A DNA stretch of 64,000 nt, taken from the NCBI GenBank assembly GCA_963762565.1, contig CAVXLD010000001.1, positions 576,001-640,000 of the forward strand. Direction: 5' to 3'. The position numbers were made by a program, and so were the translations under genes. The DNA comes from an uncultured Verrucomicrobiae bacterium. Lineage in GTDB: Bacteria; Verrucomicrobiota; Verrucomicrobiia; Chthoniobacterales; JAFAMB01. This document shows, one piece after another, positions 30,833-39,824 of the stretch (the first letter of the stretch is position 1; every line of letters starts with the position of its first letter). A model generated the notes under the pieces. That model was not told where the DNA came from. It saw only the letters and a list, made by a program, of their open reading frames with translations, and did no database searches.

Positions 30833-33389
30833 AATGTGTAGACTACCGCATCCACCGGTCAGTCTGGCCTGTGGAATTGCCATGCTCAGCCTGCCAATAG
30901 GCGGATTCTCGCAACCGGTTCCCGGGGCAGAGATTTTACGACAGTTGCGCGGCTTCCGCGAAATGGGCAGCGTGCTTTATATTGCGGCGCATCCCGATGA
31001 TGAAAACACAGAATTGATCACCTATTTCGCCCGGGGCAGAAATTATCGCACCGCCTATCTTTCGCTTACACGCGGCGATGGCGGACAAAATGTGCTCGGC
31101 CCCGAATTTGGCAGTGAGATCGGCGTGATTCGCACCCAGGAATTGCTCGCCGCTCGACGCATTGATGGCGGCCGGCAATTCTTTTCCCGGGCGGTTGATT
31201 TCGGTTTTTCCAAGGATTACCGCGAGACCTTGAGAATTTGGGATCGGCAAGAGGTATTGAGCGACATCGTGCGGGTCATCCGCCAGTTTCGACCCGACGT
31301 CCTGATCACGCGTTTTTCTCCCATTCCGGGCCGCACGCACGGACACCACACAGCGTCAACGGTGCTGGCCCTGGAAGCCTTTAAACTTGCCGGCGATCCG
31401 AAGGCTTTTCCAGAACAGGGACTGAAGCCGTGGCAACCAAAACGCATTGTTTGGAATGAATCAATTTATCAAAAGGATGATATCGGTGGAGCTCAACAAG
31501 TACGCATTGACGTCGGCGGCAAAGATCCGGTAACCGGGGAGCCATTCACGGTTCTCGCCGGCCGGAGCCGTTCCATGCACAAGACTCAAGGCTTTGGCAA
31601 CTTCGCCATTCCTGTCAGGCCGGGACCGAGATTTGAAACATTCCAACTTCTGGATGGCGCGCCGATGCAAATGATGTGCTCGACGGCGTTGATACTACTT
31701 GGGGCCGCGTACCTGGCGGCGCTGAAATTGGGAAATCGGTTGACGAAATTATTGCTCAATTCGATTCACAAAATCCGGCCGCAAGCGTGCCCGCATTATT
31801 AAAATTGCGGAGCGAACTGGCTGCATTGCCAATCGGCGATTCTGTGGTGACCGAAAAACGGGCTCAGCTTGACCGTATTTTGCAGGCTTGTCTCGGTCTG
31901 GAAGTGCAGACCACAATTTCAGCGGCCGAAGTAGTGCCAGGCGAAACGATGAAGCTGCATCACTCTGTGGTGATTCATTCCAGCATTCCAGTCCGTTGGG
32001 TCGCGGTACATTATCCTGCAATAAAACAGCAAATCGACCAAGGGAAGGACCCAAGTGTGTCCCGGCCCCCAGAATATTGAACTCCTCCCGAATCAATCCA
32101 GAACGTTGGACTCGACGCCAACCCTGCCCGCCGGCACGCCTTTAAGTCAGCCCTATTGGCTGCGCGAAGAAGGTACTGCAGGAATGTTCCGAGTTGATGA
32201 TCCTTCATTGATCGGTCGCCCGGAGAATCCGCGCCCTTTCCCCATCGAATACGTTTTCGAAGTTGGCGGCCAGACACTGGTCATTCCGGACGAGCCAGTG
32301 CAGATCACTACGAATTCCGAGAATAGTGAAGTTCACCGTCGCATGGAGGTGATTCCGCCGGTCTCGCTTGATTTTGCTTCTGACATTGCGCTGTTCGCTC
32401 CGGGAACATCTCATCCGGTTGAAGTTGAAATCGTCGCGTCTCGCGCGGATTCGAACGGCACTTTGCGATTGGAAGCGCCTCAAGGCTGGAAGGTTTCACC
32501 TGCCGAGCAATCATTCCATCTAAAGACCATCGGCGAACGGGCGCAGTTCACATTCACCATCACTGCCCCAGCGCAATCGGACACAGCCAAGATTATCGCC
32601 GATGCGGAAATCGGGAAGGCGCATTACCAACCGGCCGCATCGAAATCAATTACCCACATATCCCGCCAATTTTGCTTCAGCCGCTGGCCAGTTTGAAAGC
32701 CATCAGTCTCGAACTCGCAACTCGCGGTCACACGGTTGGCTATCTGCCGGGCGCAGGCGACAGCGTGGCTGAAAACCTGAAACAAATGGGTTATGCCGTC
32801 AGGACGTTTGGACGATACGAATCTCACGCCGGAAGAATTGCACGGGCTCGATGCCGTGGTGATTGGCGTTCGCGCTTTCAATGTCCGCAACAATATTGGG
32901 TCAGAATTGCCGGTGCTGTTTCGCTATGTCGAAAATGGCGGCACCATCGTTGCCCAATACAACCGGCCGGACGGGTTGAAAACGAACGAACTCGCGCCAT
33001 TTGAATTGCATCTGTCGGCCGATCGCGTCACAGACGAAACCGCGGCCGCCACATTTCTCGCCCCGGATAATCCGGTGTTGAACACACCGAACAAAATCAC
33101 CAGCGCGGATTTTGACGGTTGGGTGCAGGAGCGCGGAATTTATTTCCCGGACCAATGGGACGACCATTTCACGCCGATTCTCGCCTTCAATGATCCCGGC
33201 GAGTCGCCGCTCAAAGGCGGGCTCTTGGTCGCGCAATATGGCAAAGGTTATTTCGTTTATACCGGTCTGGTGTTTTTTCGGGAGCTTCCCGCCGGCGTGC
33301 CCGGAGCTTTCCGTTTATTTGCCAATCTGATTTCACTCGGCGTGGCCGACGAAGTGAAAGGCGGAGATGCGGCGAAGTCTGCCAAATGA
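30833..33389 (+). CDS. Large exported PIG-L/LmbE-family deacetylase with NEW3-like and C-terminal GATase-like domains (about four frameshifts)
   Basis: AAHPDDENT, TRGDGGQN, RTQELLAARRIDG, HGHH, SRSMHKTQGFG, GYLPGAGD, GWVQERG.YF, FFRELPAGVPGAFRLFANLIS across ORFs 30795/31676/32055/32672/32793. Start uncertain. Confidence 0.8.
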
Positions 33390-33527
33390 AACGTCCACAG
33401 TTGAACCTGAAAGTGACGAGACCGGCCTGCCGTGGTTGCGCACCTGGAAAGCGTCTATCTTTTGGTGATCATCCACTTCGTTCTTTGGATCGTTTTGCTG
33501 GTCGCCTTGACGGATTTCTTTTCATGA
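33386..33527 (+). CDS. Small single-TM protein preceding the symporter (frameshifted)
   Basis: DETGLPWLRTW then VYLLVIIHFVLWIVLLVALTDFFS*; the stop overlaps the symporter ATG (ATGA). Confidence 0.5.
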
Positions 33528-35237
33528 GCGCGCTGGATTTCGTTGTTCTCATCGGCTCGATGCTCGGCATCGCCGTCTATGGGATCTGGCGCACCCGAGG
33601 AAATCGCGGACTGAACACATACTTGAAGGGCGATAGCAAGACCGCGTGGTTCGCCATTGGTCTTTCGGTCATGGCCACTCAAGCCAGCGCCATCACTTTT
33701 CTATCGACCCCTGGGCAGGGATACCTGGGCGGACTTGGGTTTCGTGCAAATTTATTTCGGAATGCCGGTTGCCTTGATTATTATTGCCGCCGTTTTCCTG
33801 CCGATTTTTCGGCGGCTTAATGTTTATACCGCCTACGAATATCTTGGACGGCGTTTCGACACCAAAACCCGTCTGCTTGGGGCAGCTTTATTTCTTGTCC
33901 AACGCGGACTGGGCGCAGGGCTGACGATTTACGCGCCCTCGATTGTGCTCGCGACTGTCTTTGGCTGGCCGCTCGATTTGACGATTATCAGCAGCGGATT
34001 GGTCGTGATTATCTATACCGTGATGGGTGGGAGCAGCGCCGTCACCGTAACGCAAAAATATCAACTGGCCGTCATCTTCGCGGGCATGGTCACCGCATTT
34101 TGCCTGGTGGTGGCGAAGTTGCCCGCCGGGCTCTCCTTTACGGACACCTTTGCCCTGGCGGGTGGGTTTCAGAAACTCAACGCCGTGAATTTTTCAACCA
34201 ATGTTCATGAGCGCTATACATTTTGGTCGGGCTTGCTTGGTGGAACATTCCTGATGCTGGCGTATTTCGGCACTGATCAATCGCAGGTTCAGCGCTATCT
34301 TTCAGGCGCTTCTTTGCGCGAAGGCCGGCTTGGCCTCATGTTCAACGCCGTCTGCAAGATCCCGATGCAGTTCTTTATTCTGCTGCTCGGCGTGCTGATT
34401 TTTGTCTTTTATCAATTCGAACAACCGCCGTTGTTTTTCAATGCAGCCTTAAGCCATTATCTCGCGGAGCATCGCTCTGACGAACAGTTGCACGCTTATG
34501 AAACGGATTTCCATTCGCTCCACGATCAGGCAAACCAGCGGCTCAAAGAGTGGTTAAAAGCGAGACACGACGGCGACCGATCCGCAGCGGCTGCGGCATT
34601 CGCCGGCGCGCTGACCGCGCATCAACAGGGCGAGAAAATCCGCGAGGAGGCTGAGAAATCGTTGTCGCAGATAAGTTCCAGCACCACGGCGACCGACGCC
34701 GATTATGTGTTTATCACTTTTATCCTGCAACAATTGCCGCACGGTGTCATCGGTCTGCTGGTGGCGGCATTTTTCGCCGCTGCACTTTCCTCAAAGGCCG
34801 CCGAACTCAACGCGCTCGGTTCCAGCACCACCGTTGACTTTTATCGGCAAATCATCAAACGCGACGCAACGGATCAACACTGCTTGGTAGCCTCAAAATG
34901 GTTCACCGCATTTTGGGGACTGGTCGCAATTGCCTTCGCCCTCTACGCTCATCTGGTCGAGAATTTGATTCAGGCGGTGAACATTCTCGGCTCGATTTTT
35001 TACGGCGTGATGCTCGGTCTTTTTGTCGTGGCATTTTTCATACGGCACGTTGGCGGCACGGCCGTTTTTTGGTCGGCGCTGGTATCGCAGACACTCGTCT
35101 TTGTCCTCTACTTCACTCTCACCATTTCCTATCTCTGGTATCCGCTGATCGGCTGCGCCGCGTGCGTGATTTTAAGCATCATTCTGCAGAGCTTTTTTAA
35201 CGCCGTTGGAGAAACCGGTAAGAAAAGCAGGACATGA
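33524..35237 (+). CDS. Sodium:solute symporter (frameshift near 33735)
   Basis: SVMATQASAITFLSTPGQ, TAYEYL..RF, YFGTDQSQVQRYL, many TM segments. Confidence 0.88.
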
Positions 35238-36004
35238 CGGCTCCAATCATTTGTTTTGGCCAGCAGCCGTGCGGGTTTTTCCCGAAGCGTTTTCTATTTG
35301 CAAAAATTCAAACTGCGCGCCGGCTGCAAAGTGAAATCGGTGGTGAGATCGTTTTCTTCTTTCACGACAGTGATCATGATCCGCGCGAAACCAGAACCAT
35401 CCTGCGCCACCGTAAAACCAATGAGCCGGCGCAACTTAACTTTGCTTTTAAGAATAACATTCAGCGCAGATTTTCACCGCTTTATCTCAAAGAAATTCCC
35501 GACGGTTGGCAGGATAAAACCGCGCGACAATTGCCAAATTATATCCGCCCTGATCTGACGGCGGTTTTTAGAAGAGTATCTGCCGCGAATGTCGCGGACT
35601 TCTGCCTGGAGATGTATCGATCTCTGGGCTTGCTCGATAATATTCGCGTCGTGCGTTCGAGTACCCCGGATTTTCGCCAGGCGGCTTGTAACATCCCGGA
35701 TTTTTTTGTGGACGTTCCACACGAAGATGAAATTGTCCGTGCCCGTTTTATCGACGGCGCTTTGAAACTGCACAAAGGCGGAGGCTCATTCTTGACCCTG
35801 CCGCTGACGGCATTCACCAAGCAGCAAATCAGTCCAACCCGCGATACCCGGTTGCGCTGGATGCAGTCTGTGGTGAATTGCAGCCATTACATTGCCGGCG
35901 CGGGCGAAAAGGATTATCTTTGTCCGGAGGAAACTCCGGAAATCAATTTTATCAATCGAGACCCCATTGACCGATCCGATGAAGCCTACACTGAACTCCC
36001 CTAA
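35234..36004 (+). CDS. Short BshC-like protein (256 aa)
   Basis: GQQP.GFFP..F.KIQTA, VFFFHDSDHD and YIAGAGE resemble BshC GQQ / EDHD / YIGGPGE motifs; overlaps bshB1. Confidence 0.55.
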   Translation: MTAPIICFGQQPCGFFPKRFLFAKIQTARRLQSEIGGEIVFFFHDSDHDPRETRTILRHRKTNEPAQLNFAFKNNIQRRFSPLYLKEIPDGWQDKTARQLPNYIRPDLTAVFRRVSAANVADFCLEMYRSLGLLDNIRVVRSSTPDFRQAACNIPDFFVDVPHEDEIVRARFIDGALKLHKGGGSFLTLPLTAFTKQQISPTRDTRLRWMQSVVNCSHYIAGAGEKDYLCPEETPEINFINRDPIDRSDEAYTELP

Positions 36005-36714
36005 ACTTGCGCCATCACTGGCCTTTGGCGCGCACCCCGACGACATCGAATTTGGCTGTGGCGGTATCGCCGCCGCCGAAACGCAGGCCAGACGCCAGGT
36101 GCATTTTGTCGTTTGTTCGCGCGGCGAATCTGGAACGCATGGCACGCCGAGACAACGGATGGCTGAAGCAAAAAAATCCGCCGCCCTGCTCGGTGCGACG
36201 ATTGAATTCATCAAATTGGCCGGTGATGCGCACCTTGAAATTCGCGTTTCCTACACCATTCGATTGGCAGAAATCTTCCGGCGTATCCGTCCGGAAGTTG
36301 TGCTGGCGCCGAGCCCCGTCGAAAACCAGCATCCCGATCATGCCCGTCTGGGAAAATTAGTGCGGGATGCCGCGAGACTCGCCCGTTTCGGTGGTTTGCA
36401 GGAGTTGCGCGGTCAACCACCCCATGCCATCAAACAATTATTTTTTTATGCCATCACCCCAGAAGCTGAGCCGGCCAATATTACTCCGGTGCTGATTGAT
36501 GTTTCGGCGCCTGAAATTGTTGCTGCGTGGACCGCAGCCATGAAGGCGCATGCGTCGCAAATGCTCGACCCGCAATTACATCGATTTGCAACTCACCCGC
36601 GCCCGTTTGTTCGGTGCCCGCGCCGGAGTTGAGTATGCCATCGCTCTTTTTCCAAACGAGCCACTCGTCTTTGAGTCGCTAGCCCAGGCGGGACGAGGCG
36701 CGCGACGATTTTGA
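35979..36714 (+). CDS. bshB1: Bacillithiol biosynthesis deacetylase BshB1-like (frameshift near 36570)
   Basis: [36 protein letters not shown]; adjacent to bshA. Confidence 0.72.
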
Positions 36715-36715
36715 T

Positions 36716-37853
36716 ATGGATTCAGCCGGCGGCCGATTGAGAATCGGCATCACTTGTTATCCCTCGGTTGGCGGGAGCGGCATTCTTGCCTCGGCGCTAG
36801 GAGAAGAACTGGCCGATCGAGGGCATGAGGTGCATTTCATCAGCTACGAACGTCCGTTTCGCATGCAGCGGAAAGTCTCCCCGGATCTTTTTTCATCCGG
36901 TAGTGATCAACGATTACGGATTGTTCAAGTATCCCGATTATACTTTGCCGCTGTCGGTGAAAATGGCCGAAGTCAGTCGGGACTATCACCTCGACATTCT
37001 GCATGTTCATTACGCTGTGCCCCATGCCACGGCAGCGATTCTTGCGCGGTCGATGTTGCCTCCTGAGCAACAGCCCCGCGTGGTGACCACCTTGCATGGC
37101 ACTGACACTACATTGCTCGGTCGCGATCCCGGTTATCGTCCGGCCATCCACCACGCATTGACTCACTCAGACGCGGTCACGGTCGTTTCGGAGTTTCTGA
37201 GACGGGAGACGCAGCGAGTGCTCAGTTTTGACGGACCGATGGAAGTCATCCACAATTTTTTTGAACCGCAAGCACCCCTGCGTTCGCGCGAAGAAGTGCG
37301 GCAGGAACTCGGGTTGCGCGAAGAAGTGCTGCTGTTTCATTCCTCTAATCTGCGGCCCCTGAAACGAATCGATTTGCTGCTTGAAACCGTCGCGCGCATC
37401 CGCCCGCGCGAGTCGTGGAAACTCGTCATTCTAGCGGGCGGAGATTTTTCACCATATCGCAGCGAGGTGCGCCGGCTAGGATTGGAAGACCGAGTGATCG
37501 TGCGGGAAAACGTCAGACAGATTGAAGATTACTTGCAAGCTGCCGACATCGGATTGTTCACCTCCGAAACGGAGAGTTTTTGTTTGAGCATTCTCGAAGC
37601 GATGTGTTTTGCCTGCCCAAGTATCGCGCCACAGGTGGGAGGAATTCCCGAAGTTGTTCAGGACAACATAACCGGACTGCTCGTCCCGTTCGGTGATACC
37701 GAAAAAATGGCGCTTGCCGCCGAGGATCTCATTCAGAATCCGGCGCGGCGCAAGACGCTTGGCCGTGCCGCTCAGTTACGTGCCCGGAAGGAGTTTTCCG
37801 CAAGCGTCATCGTGCCTCGTTACGAAGCACTGTACCATCGACTCTGTGGTTAA
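36716..37853 (+). CDS. bshA: N-acetyl-alpha-D-glucosaminyl L-malate synthase BshA (frameshift near 36870)
   Basis: [60 protein letters not shown]. Confidence 0.88.
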
Positions 37854-37931
37854 TTACGTTTCTGTTGGCCGCGACTGCTAACTCGGATTGGCGCCCAAAA
37901 AGAGAAGTCACGTCTCATCTTGAGGCTTCCA

Positions 37932-38252
37932 CTACTCAACGACGTTCACCATCCCGGTCTGAATGTATGGCAGAGCTTGCAAAAGTTTAGGCATGAGCGG
38001 CCTGGTGTCGGCCAAGCGGTTGCTCGGTGCTCGCAGCACAATCACCTTTATTGGAGACGCGGCGAGATTCTGCTGGAAGGCGATGTTAGTGTCCATCGTC
38101 ACAAGAACCTCATAGCCGGATTCGCTAGCCTTTATAAGCAGTAGGCCATTCTGAACTCCGGCCCATCCTAGCCGCACAACCGACTCCACGTCATGCCCAA
38201 GCAATTCTCTGCCTAGCCGCCAATCCAGGTTTTCATCGAGTAAAATACGCAT
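37932..38252 (-). CDS. DUF5615 PIN-like toxin
   Basis: MRILLDENL, GWAG..NG.L, VLVTMD.NI.FQQN. Confidence 0.85.
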   Translation of the reverse strand: MRILLDENLDWRLGRELLGHDVESVVRLGWAGVQNGLLLIKASESGYEVLVTMDTNIAFQQNLAASPIKVIVLRAPSNRLADTRPLMPKLLQALPYIQTGMVNVVE

Positions 38253-38458
38253 CAGTCATGCGCCAGCGCATGCACCTTCGCTTCCTCGAGCAAAACGAGA
38301 ACCTGTTCCCGCTTTACGCTCGGAAAACCTTCGAGAAAATCTTCGATCGAATCTCCGGCTTCTAGATGGTCAAAGAAGCTTCTAATCGGCACCCTAGTCC
38401 CTGCGAAGACCGGTTCGCCGCCGAGAATATTCGGGTCACGCAAAACGACTTTAGCCAT
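38252..38458 (-). CDS. DUF433 antitoxin
   Basis: DPNILGGEPVFAGTRVP, G.SIEDFLEGFPSV; stop overlaps the toxin ATG. Confidence 0.88.
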   Translation of the reverse strand: MAKVVLRDPNILGGEPVFAGTRVPIRSFFDHLEAGDSIEDFLEGFPSVKREQVLVLLEEAKVHALAHD

Positions 38459-38571
38459 CAAGAGAACTTAGTGCGGCGGTCGGTCTTTTTCGAGTCTTAA
38501 CTCTAGAACCTGATTTTTGTTTGTTCCAAAGCCGATTATTGGCTGCCCAGGGTCCCAAATTGAAACGTTAC

Positions 38572-39438
38572 TCAAGGTGCAGCGATATCGACGAACGCCT
38601 TAACGAGGTCTGGCACTGCAGATTTCGCTAAACTCAGAAACAGATATGGCTCGATCAGTTCCAGCTCCATCAGAGTGAACTTTCCGCCAACAGCTACACC
38701 GTCGACGCGGGCAAACAGAAGCGGTCCCTCAATCGCGTTTACGACATTTTGTGCAGCCTCAATATGATCTGGAGGCGGTATGGCTAAATCGAAACTTCCT
38801 CCATGCTCTATTTGGGTCCGGAATTCGCCTGATTTCGGCCGCTTCAATACCGCATGGCTATATTTCTTGTTAAAGAACAAGAGAGACCATTCCCCTTCGG
38901 TTTCAACCACGTCGAGATACTCCTGGATCAGGCCCCCCGACACACGAAATATTCGATCGATCTGCTCCTGGTCGAGGTGCTCGCCTCCGACCAGTACAGT
39001 GCGGTGGCCGGATGCTGAGACCCTCGGTTTCACTACGGCGCGCTGCCAACCTTGACTTCGCAGTACCTCTCTTAGGTCGATGCGGTCGCCCTTCTCGACC
39101 CAAACCGTGGGCGGTACCTTAAAACCGTTTTCGTGAAGTTCGCGTAGATAAATTTTATCGATGTTCCAGCGAATTAAGTTTGGACGGTTCCAGATTGAGA
39201 GTCCGAGCTCTTCGATTTTGGTGAGCCATTGCAGAAAGGCTTCATGCCGATGTTGATAATCCCAGCAGGATCGGATCACGATCGAACTAAACCTCGACCA
39301 ATCGACTGAGCCGTCGGACCAAACCGCCGCCTCGGCGGTGAGGCCAAGGCGGGCGAGCTCACGCAAAAGAAGTTGATCGTCAGGGCTCAGATCAGGCAGT
39401 CGTTCAAATGTGACAATCGCCAGGCGATTCCTCGTCAT
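38572..39438 (-). CDS. RimK/glutathione-synthetase-like ATP-grasp protein
   Basis: IRSCWDY, WNIDK.YL, VVKP..SA, GEWSL, F.RVD, MELELIEPYLF. Confidence 0.8.
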   Translation of the reverse strand: MTRNRLAIVTFERLPDLSPDDQLLLRELARLGLTAEAAVWSDGSVDWSRFSSIVIRSCWDYQHRHEAFLQWLTKIEELGLSIWNRPNLIRWNIDKIYLRELHENGFKVPPTVWVEKGDRIDLREVLRSQGWQRAVVKPRVSASGHRTVLVGGEHLDQEQIDRIFRVSGGLIQEYLDVVETEGEWSLLFFNKKYSHAVLKRPKSGEFRTQIEHGGSFDLAIPPPDHIEAAQNVVNAIEGPLLFARVDGVAVGGKFTLMELELIEPYLFLSLAKSAVPDLVKAFVDIAAP

Positions 39439-39504
39439 GTTTCAAAGATGAAGGGAATTATTGCACAACAAGAAGGCTAAGGTCACGAAAGGCGAAAACA
39501 AAAA

Positions 39505-39576
39505 TTTCACAGCAAAGGCCCGAAGATACGAGACAGAAGATCCGTCTTTGTGGCCTTTGCGGCCTGTGCTGTGAAA
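39505..39576. repeat. Inverted-repeat element
   Basis: TTTCACAGCAAAGGCC paired with GGCCTGTGCTGTGAAA. Confidence 0.6.
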
Positions 39577-39634
39577 AATCATTACTGTGGCTGTCTTAGT
39601 TGCCTTTGCGTGAGACGACTCTGGGGTCACCGCC

Positions 39635-39669
39635 GTCTCAAAATGAGAAAAGACGTCTCAACTTGGGAG
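39635..39669. promoter_or_regulatory. Second copy of the tandem palindromic UAS
   Basis: GTCTCAAAATGAGAAAAGACGTCTCAACTTGGGAG, ~105 bp upstream of a sigma-54 motif. Confidence 0.65.
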
Positions 39670-39773
39670 GTGTTCGTAAGCCTCGAGATCGACCGAAATC
39701 GTTTTTGTTGCCAAGCATGCGCTCGAGTGGCGGGTAATTCTCCAGAGATAACTCAGAAAGGTGCCGCATCGGT

Positions 39774-39788
39774 TGGCAGACAACTTGC
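39774..39788 (+). promoter_or_regulatory. Putative sigma-54 (-24/-12) promoter
   Basis: TGGCAGACAACTTGC = GG-N10-GC with canonical TTGC, 36 bp before ATG 39825. Confidence 0.75.
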
Positions 39789-39824
39789 TCTGTGATTACC
39801 AGACCAGTTTGGGGTCTAGGCTCC

